Part shown: positions 13,752 through 26,896 of the stretch, in pieces
Numbering within the stretch: the stretch's first letter is position 1
Layout of the letters: the number at the start of each line of letters is the position of its first letter
Assembly: GCF_002571385.2 (NCBI RefSeq)
Contig: NW_019218057.1
Coordinates: 354,995-418,994, forward strand
Direction: 5' to 3'
Origin: Stylophora pistillata
Taxonomy: Eukaryota
Length of the DNA: 64,000 nucleotides
Notes under the pieces: model-generated
The model's input: the letters and a program-made list of their open reading frames with translations, nothing else
Database searches by the model: none
Told to the model about the DNA's origin: nothing
Made by a program: the position numbers and the translations under genes

Positions 13752-14104
13752 TTTCAGCAAATATTGCAGTTTCTCAGAATGCTCAGGAATAGGGTTAGAA
13801 CGCTTAAATATATAGACCGTGTTGGTATGGCAGGGTTGCGTTAGATGTCTCTGATGTATGAGGGATTTGGGGGCGACTTTGCATCGCAATGATTCAGTAA
13901 CAAAATGCTGCAGATCACAAAAGTAAAAAAAGGATGGTAACTTCTAAATCTAACAAAGATTGCAAAATATTGTGTGGGGATATAGAGTAAACAGATTTAG
14001 GATGTGTATGTGCACAAAAAGTGGTCATTGCGTCTTATCCTGACTACGTTTTCAGATACGAGAGTTACACATAGTCTGAGTCGTGCGTGAGATCCCTCGG
14101 GCAA

Positions 14105-14295
14105 CTTTTAGCTTGTAGCTCCAATATTATCATAGGTAATATTTATCTCTTGTGAAATAACAATGTTAATTACGACCATTATAGTGATAGAGAGCCCTCT
14201 GACAATTTTATTTTGTAGCTCCAATATTATCATAGGTAATAGTTATCTCTTGTGAAATAACAAGGTTAATTACTACCATCATAGTGATAATTTTC
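14105..14295. repeat. ~100-bp tandem duplication
   Basis: TGTAGCTCCAATATTATCATAGGTAATA.TTATCTCTTGTGAAATAACAA present twice. Confidence 0.85.
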
Positions 14296-15440
14296 AGTTT
14301 CATTAGCAGGGAAAAATCACGAAATAAGATGATGGACAGCTACGAGTGTTAAGAAAATCAAAGAGAGAAAAACAAGAAAGAGAGTAACACAAAAAAGATT
14401 ATTGAGAAACTCACTTATTTGTGGTTTCGGTCTGAGTATTATAAAAATATATATTCTAATGTAAATACACATATTGTAAAATACATATTTCAAATGCTTC
14501 TCCGTCGTCAACAAATTCGCGACTTTTCTTGACCTATCTGTAATCATTCAAATCCATACCAGTTATAAATGTTGAACAAGAAATGCCGGGTTTTAGCCCT
14601 CGTAAGCCAACAAAGTCGGGAATTCAAAAAAGAGGTATGAACTAAAGTGTGGTCGCTTACGAGAGCGCCGGCTCTCTGACGTAAGCGACCACGCGATGAA
14701 ACGATAGTCTTTAATCTGACAAGAAAATATAACTTGTGAGCTGTCATTAGCTGTTGGTAGTCTAATGGCCATTAGAATAATAATCACTTAATCTTTGCTT
14801 GCCTCCGGTTCACAAATGTACAGCTAGCTCAGTAATCCACATGGACCGAAAACTTCCCAGAGTTACTTTTGTTCAGAAAACAATGTCTCATAAATGAAAA
14901 CAACTTCCTTATCTTAAAGAAAACACGTTTTCAATCCCCATAGTGTTTGTTTTTCCCTCCCCTGCGGTTATCCACCTTCTTGTTTGTGTAGCATTAACTT
15001 CCTGGCATCGTTGTCATCTCCTTTCCCCTGTTTCTCATTCTCTCTTTTTTCGTTTTAAATCTTCCTGGCCTAGCAAGAAGTTTTATCTGACCACCTTCCT
15101 TTTATTCAATGTCACGACTCGGAAATCAAGTTATAGCGAAGACTGAACATAAAATAATGGATAGGAAAAACACCATTCTGCACCCTGAGACTTTTTGTTA
15201 CAAAAGATGACTTCGTTAATTAATTTGGCTAGATAGCGTAACCGTGTTGTCTCGATATATTTAAGTTCACGCAGCGATTCTAGGAACTATACTGAAAACC
15301 TGTTCAAAATGACCTTTAAAAGCTTTTTTGGCTGGCAATTTTAGCTCTCATGACGACAGACGAAGGTGTGCGTGATCAAAATAATATTGTCCATATCCTA
15401 CCATATCCATAACGTGAACATTGCATGCGCTATCCCCGTA

Positions 15441-16210
15441 ACAACAACAACAACAACAACAACTTTATTAGGTACTTCTATAAGTAGTACATGGCATTAC
15501 CTAAGTAAGAATAAGTAACAATAATTATTTAATATCATTTTGTCTTTAACAGAACTTCTTGTCTGATATTCATTATTTGGAATATAAAAGCAGAAATGAA
15601 TCTACATATAGACGGATTAGCGTTATTAAAAAGGAATAACACTTTAGAGTTATGATCAAAGTTTTCAAAGCAAGGATACTTTCTTGCGATTTTGTTGTTA
15701 AGTTCTAATCGAAAACTATCATACAAAGGACAACAAAAAAGCACATGTTTTTCATCTTCAATTTCATTTGAATGGCAGAAAGAACAGATTCTTTGATTGA
15801 CTGCGGTCTTTGGAGTCTTGTATCTTCCCGTTTGAATGTGTAATTTATGATTGCCTAGACGGAATTTATTAATGGCAATTTGTGTTGTGGATTGTTTATT
15901 AGATCTAAAAATTCTGTTTTCTTAGTGTCTTTTTTGAATGAGGAGTAAAAGTCTAATTTTCTGTTTGCGTTGATTAACATTAATTGGTGGTCCTCATAGA
16001 TCTTCCTCTTTAACTTTAAATGAGTAGTTCTCATATTTGTATCGTTATTTTTCAAGTTTATACAACTTGGATCACATCTTTTCAATAAGTTATTAATTCT
16101 CACCGTCAAACTTAAGAGGTTTCTATCAGCCAATTCTTCGGAGAGGAATAAGCATTGTTTTGCAATATCAGTGTCTGGTAAGTTGCGTAGATGAATCCAG
16201 AACTTTCAGT
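15441..16210 (-). mobile_element. 5'-truncated non-LTR retrotransposon 3' end (RTE-X-like), frameshifted
   Basis: Minus-strand translation FRLGNHKLHIQTGRY..RICSFCHSNEIEDEKHVLFCCPLYDSFR (C-terminal CxxC..HxxxxC knuckle of LINE ORF2); AATAAA followed by a (TTG)n tail at 15441-15468. Confidence 0.8.
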
Positions 16211-19008
16211 AAAAGGAACACTGATTTCGGACATTTGATTTAATTTCATAATTTTTGCCATTGAAAAGAATGGGAGCTTATTCTTTTACGGTGACACGTT
16301 TTACAAGGTAAGTTTATTTGAACACGTATTTAAATCAACACGACTTGAAAATTTAAGGGGGTGTCGGTGTTTGCTTACATGAAGACGTTTCCGCTTCGCT
16401 CTCATGAAGGCTGTTATCCAATCACCTTAGAGCAAGTCATTTGACGCTGTTTAGCCTGTCGGCGCTGGTGCATGCTAGGAAGCAAAAAGCTGACAGCCGG
16501 ACACAATTTGTCAGGAGTTAGGTCGAGAAGGTTGAGTGTAACACGCTCGAATATGAAGTTGTTTGTTCGATATGGAAGGTACCTCAACCAGCAAAAAGAG
16601 GAGGAAAGGGGTAAGGCAGAAGAAGAGGAGCTACTCTAGAAACTCAACACCGCTTTTCAATGATCGATGCTCCAAGTGCAATGCTACGCGAATGACGATG
16701 AAGGGTCTCTTACAATTTTTACGTGAAGCTATTTGGCGATTTTATTTTCTCGTGAATCGTGATTTAATTTTTTCTCTATTAGTTAACTATGATTAAAGAT
16801 GATGTTACCGCCACATGGCTGTATTTGTTTCATTTGTTTGTTTTCTCGTTTGTAAGCGCATTTTTTCCCCTCATTATCGCATTCTTTGTCCCTTTTTCTC
16901 ACTTTTACGTAATCAATATTTTGTTAGGTATTTTCGCATAATTTCGTCTCGTTAAGGCCTTTTATGCATGCGTTTTTGTTCAGTTGACTTGTGCTTTGCC
17001 ATTGCTACGTTTCATTGATCCAGTCCGCTTACCGTCTTCTCCGCTTTTGGTTTCCGTGTTCCTAGCCGTCCTAGTCATACAACGTTTCTATCGCTTGCTT
17101 CGTATCGCCTTACGCTTATTGTATATTTCGAGAAATAGATTAAAGAACATGTAGCGCGTCGGAAGTTTGACTACAATAGATGATAAGATCTTTTTTTTGT
17201 CCATATGTGAACTTATTTTTCTTTATTAACGTGACTCGTGAAAGAAGAGCTGAATTAAAAGTGATTCGTGAACCAATTGTTTTTTTTTTTTGCGTGATGT
17301 ATTCCTGGCTTTTTAATGGTTTTGGAAATGAACGTGTTGTTTTCGAACGGTTGTGGTTAGGTTTTCACCAGAGTTTCGACCTGACATGGCCTTTATATGG
17401 ATCGATAATTCGTGAATTTGGTTTTTCATTTTTATGTGAAACGTGATCGTCTCAAATTTATAGACTACCTAAACAGCACATTATATTTTTATTATTCATA
17501 GCCATATAATTATGTATTTTAGGCTAGTGATATTTTTTCATAAAAGGGAATTGTTACTTGCAAGATTTTTTTACTTTTTATACACTTTCATGTTAGTTTC
17601 CGGGTTGTATTAAGCTACTCAATATAGGTTATTTTCTAAAAAAAAATCAGTAACCCCTGTCACTATCAGTGAAAAGTATTTCCGCTCCGATGCAAGCTAC
17701 GAAAGAATCTTCATTTCTCTCACTGGAGCGGAAAAAGAGACTTTAATTCCAAAAACAATCACTAACTTTCAGAAAGAACTACACCCCAGTTTTGTCCTTC
17801 AAGAACGCAAGATAAATGTTCATTAGCGCCACTTCAAAGTTAAGTAACACGGAAGTGTTATCAAGTAAGCGAGAAGACAATCATTAGGAAGGTTTTAAGT
17901 TTCATTTAAGCTGTTTGCATAAATACGAAAATTCATTTACACCAATATACTTTCATTTTAATGTAAGTATATATTTTTTTTTTTTTTTGCTGACTTGATC
18001 ACACTTTGACGTTAATTAACTATCCATTGAACTTACTGAAAATTTATCTTGTGTTCTTGAAGGGAAAAAGGTGTAATGTTAGTAGAGTTGATAACGAATG
18101 AGCGATTTCGGAACTATACAAAACGGTACAGAGTGCAAAATCAATACTGGTTTTGAAACCGTTAATTAGGTTGACATGAAGTGTCGTCAATCTCACGCCT
18201 TCCGTTCTACTCTCAAACTACTTTTTGCTTTATATCTCCGAAAGAAAAAAAACAAAATAGAATTTTCAGAAGTTGATAGATCTTAAATTTTTCTATGAAA
18301 TCAGGAAATTGGAAATAATGATTTTTTTCCTTCTGTAATACTTTAAGAAAACTAAACTTGACACAAAGTAAAATTACATTTGCTCCTGTTGTTGGTTCAG
18401 CTTTTGAGAGAGCTACAACAGTTTCCTTTTCATTTTTCCACTTTGAATTTCTTGATAGTTGAGTTTAAACTATGGACAACCATTGGTTTATTTTAATTGC
18501 GTTCAAACAACAATGTTTTTTATGACAACAAAATCATTTGAGATATCATTAAACTTAAAATTTTCTAGATCCATGACTCTTTTTTTCAATAATAAAAGAA
18601 AACTGTAAACAATTAGTTAAAATAAAACAATCAGTGAAATAGATATGTTAAGTGCTTCTCTTGATGATTTGAAAGAAAAGGAGCCAAGGAAAGATCCTAT
18701 CACTCTGTTCTTGTGGCACTGCTAGAAAAGAAGAATACAATAATAGAAAGGTAAATATCGCTGCAGTAATGATATAAATTCCTCGAGGAAACTTGTGGAC
18801 TCACGAAAGGATGTTTAGTCACTTCGTGGCGAAATCTCCCGGCTAATTATATGTTAAAATACGACTGTAACTTTGACTGAGAGGAAAGGTTAGTGTTTCA
18901 GTTGTATAATATACTTCGAGCAGTACAACATGAGAATAACAAACATCAATAACGGTAGCAAGGTATTTATTACAAGAACTGCGAAAACTTGCTTACGTAA
19001 GAAAGAAA

Positions 19009-20097
19009 CAGGCATCCGGGGCATGCATGAGTTTGCAAAATACGATGAAAACATAAAAAAAAAATACTTTTAAGATGGAATGGAAACAAGCAGTGTTGCT
19101 GTACTTTTGGTTTTTTCGGGGAAAAATATGTAGGGATAAACAAATCAAAGAACTATGAGGATATAAATAGAAAATGCGCTGATGCTAAAATACTTGAAAT
19201 TATCCTTATGCTGAAAAAATGAAAACACTGCCCAAATGCTGTGCCTGGTTGCTTGTTCAAAAGTAGTACAAAACATTGTTAACCCATTGACACTTGGGTG
19301 TAATGCGTGCTTTTGCAAAAGTTGACATTTTGGAGAAACCAGAAAAGCAAACACAATGCGCAGAAAATTTTTGTAAATTATCTTTTCCCAAAGTACAAGC
19401 TCCAGTGAAGACCAATTAAACAACTAATTTGCATCGAAAAGCGACAGATACATATTAAGTTTTTACTCAGCGGAAATTGAGATAAAAGATAGAAATCGCT
19501 AGATTTTTCTGCATGTTATGCGGATTGGATTTCGCAGTGAATATGCAAGTTTATTTCTGTGCCGGAAGATCTCATTTTAAATGGAACCTACATGGAAGCA
19601 AGACGAAAGTGACCAAGACATGTTTCGTGTAGAGACTGCTGTGGGAAGGGAAAGACGTATGAATTTCTCACGTCTACGAAACCCACGCAGTAGACTTCAT
19701 CATGCTTAGATCGTTGTTTACTTGACTTCATGGCCAGAAAATTGCTTAGCGTTATGATGAAAATTTTGAAAGTTCTACGTTTTGGCTCAAAACATTCTAT
19801 TAAACAATACGTTTTGGACACATCATTACTCGAACATAATATTTACCGCCTCTTAGAATTTTCAGGTTGTTGTTAGGCCTTGCTTGAAGTCCGAAAGTTT
19901 GATGTACACTTTTCGGCCACAATTCGCATCTCTTCCGAGATTCGTAGTATCGCACGAGTCCAACCATCACGTGGGTCACGAAAAATGATCGGAAAAAGTA
20001 TCATTTTTTTTCACTGTAACACGAAAGAAAGTCGCTAGAGCTCGGGGTTTATTGTATACTGAAAAACCCGCCAGCGAAGAGTGGGTGTTGCCCACTC
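19009..20097. mobile_element. ~1.09-kb non-coding insertion with terminal hairpin, putative rolling-circle (Helentron-type) element
   Basis: Absent from the paralogous empty site at ~12340 (CAAGAAAAAAATATCGAC); inserted in an A-tract; ends GAGTGGG-TGTTG-CCCACTC. Confidence 0.6.
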
Positions 20098-20467
20098 AAA
20101 AATATCGACGTTGTTACTTTCGTAATACGGCGAAGCTTTGTTCTTCCTAGCTTTTTTATTTATCTGAAGTTGATTATTTACTAGATACCGTTATTTTACA
20201 TAGATGGTCACCTTTCAAGCTAAGCTCAGTATCGGTTTTTCAGCATTCAACTTCTGTCCATTCACTGATCGGACAGCCTGACGGTCTTGAATCCTAGTTA
20301 GTTCGATCATCACCTAGCAACGTGAGTTAATATTGTTGCCCCTCAGCTTGTTATAGACGACACGTCAATTTACTAGATCTCTTTTTCATTCATTCTAATT
20401 TCACCTTTTCTTTGTGGTACCCACAAAAAAAGGAAGGTAGTATCACAATTCTGGGCGAGACGTATGA

Positions 20468-21482
20468 ATGAATAATTCCGGTTTTGCAACGCCTTCTATT
20501 TACAGTCCAAGCCTGCCCTGTTCTAACGTGGTGTCCACGCTATTTACAGTGATTAAATCCATTGTCACATTCGCGGCTCTGATTGGCAATGTTCTTGTCA
20601 TTGCAAGTTTTCTCAAAACTCCTAACTTAACGACAAGCACTAATTATTACATAATCAACATGGCCATGTCTGACCTCCTTTGCACATGCTTCAATTGGCC
20701 ACTATACGCAGTTGGAATGCTGACAAGAGCTGAGTTCTTCAACCAACGTTCGGCCTTAATTCTCTGTAAACTGGGAATTTTCTTCAGGGTAATTTCACAA
20801 GTAGTGTCCGTGTTATGCTTGGTTCTAACATCCGCAGAGAGATATGTTGCTATCGTTCACCCGATGAGCACAACGGTAATGAGAAATGGCAAAGTTAGAG
20901 TTATTTTATTGTTGCTTACTTGGATTATACCTTTTGGCTTTGCTTACCCGTATTACATGTTCGCTGAAGTTGTGAAAGTAAACAACCAAACTTTCTGTAG
21001 AGTAATTTGGAATATATCAGCACACGCAGATTTTAATGCTGCTGGATTTGTTATATTCTATTGTATACGTCTTATTCTCATAATTATTCTATATACTCGC
21101 ATCACAAAGACACTTCAAAATCGCTCAGATATAGAAAACGCAACCCAAGAACAGCAAATCAGAAGAAGAAGAGAGCAACATCAGAAAGTTTATGAAAATC
21201 TTGACATCTATTGTTGTCGGTTTCTTTATTTGTTGGACACCCCTTTACGTTTATTTGGCATTGAAAACGTTTTATTCAGGGTTGTTTCTTCAAGATAAAC
21301 GCTTCCTACTGGCAGGCTTGTTTTTCTACTTATTTCCCTCACTCAGCACAGCAATCAATCCTTTTATTCTTTTCCAGTTTAGTTCAAAATTTCGACTGGC
21401 GATGAAAAACGTTCGTATTCCTTTTGTTGATTTCAGTAAATATGGCCGGTTTCTGAGCATGCCCAGGAATCATGAGGGTTAG
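20468..21482 (+). pseudogene. Frameshifted GPCR paralog of 12786-13751
   Basis: One extra base at ~21189 (CAGAAAGTTTATG vs CAGAAAATTATG) splits TM1-5 from TM6-7; also TM5 Pro>Arg, ECL3 Cys>Arg and a one-codon deletion. Confidence 0.85.
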
Positions 21483-21629
21483 ATCACTTAAAATAGATCG
21501 TGTTGGTATGGCGGAGTTGCAATAAATGTCTCTGATATACGATGGATTCGGAATAACACTGATAAATAATAACAGGTCATACGAAAAAGCGACAAGTCTG
21601 CATTACAAAAATCTATAAAAAAATCCTGC

Positions 21630-22265
21630 AGTTCCAAAAGAAAAAGGAAATTTCTAAGTCTTACCTGGCTGGCAAAATATTGTGTGGTGACACAGAGTAC
21701 ACAGAGTAAAAATAGAGTCCAAACTTGCGTGGAGTAGATAAGGATTTAATAAGTGTATACGTACAAAAAAAAACCATCTTTGAGCTCGTACGTTTTCAGA
21801 TGCGAGAGTTACGCATCATAAGCCTTGCGAGAGAGCCCTCGGGAAAATTTCAGTTCTTAGTTCCAATATTATCATAGTTAATAGTTAAATAACATTGTTA
21901 ATTACGACCATCATGGTGATAATGATCAGTTTCAGGGAGAGAGTTCGAAAAGAAAAAGGAAACTTCTAAATCTCGCATGGATTGCGAAATATTGTTTGGT
22001 AATACAGAGAGCAAACAGAGTAATAATAGACTCAAAATTTGCTTGGAGTAGATAAGGATTCAATAACTGTATGAGCACAAAAAACGATCTTTGCGTTTAA
22101 TACTAATTACGCGTACGTTTTCAGATACGAGAGGTACACATGGTAAGCCGTACGAGAGAGCCCTGGGGCAAATTTCAGTTTGTAGCCCCAGTATTATCAT
22201 AGTAATAATTATCTGAAATAACAATGTTAATTACGACCATTATAGTGATGACGATCAGTTTTTCA
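21630..22265. repeat. ~315-bp tandem duplication in the GPCR 3' flank
   Basis: GGAGTAGATAAGGATT..CGTACGTTTTCAGAT..GAGAGAGCCC..TGTTAATTACGACCAT present twice. Confidence 0.8.
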
Positions 22266-24804
22266 GTCTATTCCTCAGCTGAGAAATATCATGAAATGAG
22301 AAGTAGACAGCTGGAGTTCGATAAGGCTTGCAGCGCATTCAATGTAAATATCATTCTTTATGCTAGCGATAAACTTTAGTATCTAGAATTATAAAAATGT
22401 CAAATAAATAAAAATGAATTACCTTTAGGTATTCCATTTCAACCCTAACTTCGTCATTCCTTCCTAAAAAAGGAAAAGGTATTGGGTAGAACGTAAACAG
22501 GAAACCCGTCAGTGAAACGTCGGACAGTATTTTTCATTGTCTCAAATACAAAGTCGCCCGAACCTCCGATAGGGAGTGATAAAACACTTTACAAAAAGAA
22601 TGAATTTCGGCCTGAATATCACACTCCGGTGACGAAAGTTAAGGCCACCTAGCACAGTGAAGAGCTGTATCACTTACAGCCAAAATAGAGCTCAGCAAAG
22701 TCGTAGCTAACATCATAGCTAACGTCATAGCTAACGAAACGTGACTGTAAGCTACACCCGGCCGTGATCAAAATATATCCTCAGCACAAATTAGCCGTCA
22801 ATGCTCATTTGATGCCATTTTTGCCCATAGTGGTATTTACGATGAACAACCTTGGCGAGTTCTCTCAATTATTTCCATATTTTTCTGATCCAAAAGAGTT
22901 CAGATTCATCAAAAATTCATTAGGAAATTTAAAATGAAGATTGACAAAAACAGGATGATTGCCACTATAAATCTCTTACCACACATCATCTCTAAACCTC
23001 AAAGAGGAAACGCAAGAAGCAGATATTAGAGCTGTTATAATTCAAAATAACAGAGCTAGTAAATATCCCTAATGAGTCACTGTCAAGTTGTTTGTTCCTT
23101 ATCGTGCATGACTAACATCCTTGCATCCAATAACATATGTGGAGTGGCTGACAGTTTCGTATAGATTTCCAACCATATACGCGTTAATTTGCGACTCAAG
23201 TTTTGCGGGTTGGTATCAATATACCATTCAGTTAAGCTTGAAGTCGGTAAGAAATAACTTATAAGAAATTAACAAGAGAGAGTATAAGCTGAGAGATGTT
23301 TTCTCTTTCGATAAGAAATTTTGTCGCGCTGTTGCCTTTCTCCTTCGACTTATACTCCATTTCATAACTCTATTTTATTGTTCAATTGGATTCAATTCCA
23401 ATTTTTTGTTTTGAGTTACACTCAGGTTTCATGTTTGACTTTACTGACACAATATTGAGAGATTCTTAGAAGATCGTCCGCTGAAAATTTGAACAGGTAC
23501 GTTAGATGTAGGACTGAAATTTGAGCAAGTCTTCTCAAGCTTCAGTTAAGTAACATTTCGTTTTTTTTTTATGTATGAAAGCAGTGATGTAAGCGAAAGA
23601 AATACATGGATAAGCCATTCTTTATTGTGCTACTGTGTAATGAATATAGAACGCAAACGTGACTCGGTAACCGAACCCTAATTAATGCAAAATATTGCTC
23701 GTGTGCCAACTGTTTGTTGGGGGTTTTTCGTTATTAAAATATCTCGACGTTTTATCTAAGGTAAGTTTTCCTTATACTTTCATTAGCCTTGTCCTATATG
23801 TGTAATACGAAACAGAAGCTGATCCATAGAATATTATCATTTTTAAGCAAATGGCAAAAAGATTCGAAAAAGTTATTATCCTCATTATGTTTGCGAAAAA
23901 TTTAATTCAAATATTGCACTCGTTCAAAGATTCACGTAGGTAAATGTTTTGGAGTTTTAATTGCATTTGAAGCTCAAATTTTATCTTAGAGCAGCATAAA
24001 TATTGCTTTCATGTTTCTTACAGTTTGCTGTAGTCCAATAGAACTATTGGGCAATACTCATTATCTCGTGATGGCCATTATAAACTAATCAGTTTGCAAG
24101 TTAGTCGCTGTTCCGGTAAAATGTGATATTCAATTTACTGTAGATGTTTGCCATAATCAATTCCAAACATCACATCATGGGATACGGTGACCAAAATTAA
24201 TGAACAACTACTCCGGCATTTTTACTTGTCTATTTATTAAGTTCGTAAAGAAAGTTTTTAAGAATCATTTGCCGCGATATAATTTGCGAAGCAGAAAGGT
24301 TAGTCGCTCTGGCCCATGGTTGAAGTCTTCGTGATATCGTATAAATTGACTGGGCACGTACAGGAAACGCCACCAACCTTAAGAAAGTTGTTGACATTAC
24401 TATTAGGGTGAACTGAGGTTCCCTTTCGCAACTTTTGCATTTTGTTGAAAACCACTTCGACGAAAAGATATTTTCCCGTAGGTGTAGGTAAATACTACCT
24501 TTTTATTATTCATGTAATGCTAATCAGTGTCGGAGGTAAGATTATTCTTTGGCTTAAAAATCTCAATTTTATCGTGCACTTTTCATTTATGACATTTAAT
24601 TACAATTTGCACGTACGACGAGAAACCTCTTTTTCTTATAGCGGTTTATGAACGTATCTCGGGTATATTCAAACTTGTAAATACTTCTTTACGTTTTCAG
24701 TCAAGTGGAAATTGTGAAGCTAGCCAGCGGAGTGGTTTACAACGACGAACAAACAAAACATTTGCCTCAAGACTGAACTTATCAGGAAAAAGAACAGCAG
24801 CCAT

Positions 24805-25833
24805 TTGATGATGAGTTCAAGTGATAGTGATGCGCCATGCCCCAACACCATTTCCATATTTTTCACAACATCTATGGTCTTAGTAAGCATGGTTGCTGTG
24901 CTCGGAAATATTTTAGTGATCGTCGCAGTGTACAAAACTCAAAGTCTTAGGACCAGTAGGAATTACTACTACGTCAACATGGCCATTTCTGATTTCCTTT
25001 CAAGCCTCGCTATTTGGCCGCTTTACCTTACAGACGAAATCATAACAAGCAAAGGAAGTCTGTTCAAAGGGTCTCTGGCAACTGCTGGCTGCAAAGTGGG
25101 TGTATTTTTCAGAATGACGTCAGTTATTGTGTCAATTCTGAGCCTGGTGTTGATCGCTGTTGATAGATTTATCGCTACTGTCTTTCCATTAAAATCAACG
25201 TTGATCGTTGGGAAAGTCAGGGCATTTCTACTCTTTGCGACATGGACGATATCAATGGCATACTGCATCCCAATGCTGTATTATTCAAGAGCCGAAGACT
25301 TTGGTCAGGAAACTTATTGCAAATTTGCATGGAATAGCATTGCTCTCATGATTTATTACATCATTGGTTTGGTGTTGTTTGAAATCGCGCCGATTATTGT
25401 CATTGTCATTCTTTACACGCGCGTTATGAGGGTTTTGCATCAGAGGATTAAACCAGGAACTGGTGAGAGGGGCAGTAGTTCCTATCAAAATCGGAGAAAT
25501 GAGCAAAACCGAAACTTTATGAAGATATTCAAATCAATTGTTGTTACTTTTTTCGTTTCTTTTTCTTTCTTTTTCGTTTACTTGATTTTTAAGATGTCAT
25601 TTCCTGAACTTTTCGACAAAGACAAATGCAAGTGGATTCTTGGGTTCGCTTATTTCGTGTTTCCATCGCTCAGTTCAGTAATTAATCCTATTATTTTATT
25701 TGCATTCAGCACGAATTTCCGACAAGCTCTGCGTACATTGTGGATGTTTTCTTTAAGGAGATTCTTTTTATGTGGCAGAAAAGAGAAAAGAGAACGAGAT
25801 AAAACTGAAGGCCCTTCAGCAGAAGAAACATAA
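24805..25833 (+). CDS. Class A GPCR, neuropeptide receptor-like, ~342 aa (ATG at 24808)
   Basis: 7TM; GN, MAISD, DRF, NPIIL; TM6 CWxP motif absent. Confidence 0.9.
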   Translation: MMMSSSDSDAPCPNTISIFFTTSMVLVSMVAVLGNILVIVAVYKTQSLRTSRNYYYVNMAISDFLSSLAIWPLYLTDEIITSKGSLFKGSLATAGCKVGVFFRMTSVIVSILSLVLIAVDRFIATVFPLKSTLIVGKVRAFLLFATWTISMAYCIPMLYYSRAEDFGQETYCKFAWNSIALMIYYIIGLVLFEIAPIIVIVILYTRVMRVLHQRIKPGTGERGSSSYQNRRNEQNRNFMKIFKSIVVTFFVSFSFFFVYLIFKMSFPELFDKDKCKWILGFAYFVFPSLSSVINPIILFAFSTNFRQALRTLWMFSLRRFFLCGRKEKRERDKTEGPSAEET

Positions 25834-26212
25834 TTAAAGCCAATGGTGCGTAGAATATATGATATGAAACGAGGAATTTAATTAAAGCGATATAAGTTTG
25901 CAGAGTTTTTCAAAACATTTATCTCATTTTATAATTTTGAGCTTATACTGAGCTGATTTCATTCTTAACATACGTTGGGGTTTCATCACTTCAATTAAGC
26001 ACAGACTCTTGAAAAAAATTATCCGTTATTTTATCCTTCAGACAGAGTCTTCAGAGAAATCCCGCCTGCCTTCAGGTAAAGTTATATGCCTATGACTTCA
26101 CATACATGGAATATCACACACATGTTTAAATTAAAAAAAATTAAATATTTTTCCTTTGTGACGCTTGTCCAACTCATGCTTTCGGTACACACTTCCAAAT
26201 CACACAAGATTT

Positions 26213-26497
26213 TAGAGCGCCTTTTGATTGGGTGTGTCATATGAGCAAAGCCAAACTAACCACAACGGTCAATCAGAAGAAAGAAAATACCTTAAGAGCC
26301 AATGAGAGCTCAAAATAAAAACGAGCAAATTGCCTGAAGTGGGAAAAAATGCGCACGACCAAATCGTGATTGGCTTTAGTTTTGTATCTGATTGGTCGAG
26401 ATTATGGTGTGAGTTTTCTGGACCAATCACAGAGCGAAGTAAAGCAAAACCAACGCAATCTCGGAGGACTTTCGACACTGAATTGAAGATTGCTCCT
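26213..26497. mobile_element. Degenerate MITE rich in CCAATCA/TGATTGG
   Basis: Imperfect TIRs TAGAGCGCCTTTTGATTGGGTGT / ACACTGAATTGAAGATTGCTCCT; interrupts the 38-bp repeat tract. Confidence 0.6.
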
Positions 26498-26499
26498 TG

Positions 26500-26820
26500 G
26501 TTGTAGCGTACTCCCCCAAATCATACACACTCAAATTATGCTTTTGACACACCTTCCAAGTTTCACTAGAGCTCGTCACACGCATACTCCAAACTACATC
26601 ACAGGTCGCTCATGCTTTAGGTAATCACTCTTAAGTCACATCGCTTCTCATACTTTTACATCACACGAGATATTATACTTCGAACACACACTTCTGAATC
26701 ACACAAGATATCATACTTAGAGTACACACCTCTGAATCACACAAGATATCATACTTAGAGCAGACACTTCTAAATCACACGAGAGATTGTGCTTCAGGCA
26801 CACTCTTTCACACAATCATA
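26500..26820. repeat. Degenerate 38-bp minisatellite (CACACCTCTGAATCACACAAGATATCATACTTAGAGTA)
   Basis: Clear 38-bp period at 26693/26731; degenerate copies on both sides. Confidence 0.75.
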
Positions 26821-26896
26821 AGAGTTCGCTGTTCAAACAGAGGAATTTGACCGAATATTCTATCTGACTGAGAAGTCTCAATCATCATTGAGTTTC

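Larger units (their letters stand above)
11139..14345 (+). repeat. Segmental duplication copy 1 (GPCR plus flanks)
   Basis: Collinear similarity to 14943-15390, 18350-19008 and 20098-22320. Confidence 0.85.
14943..22320 (+). repeat. Segmental duplication copy 2, expanded by insertions at ~15390-18350 and 19009-20097
   Basis: Homology with 11139-14345 resumes on both sides of each insertion. Confidence 0.8.

Noticed and set aside
16380-17175. Possible solo LTR ending ATTAAA...ACTACA inside the 3-kb insertion
   Set aside because: No matching TG start with a TSD could be found
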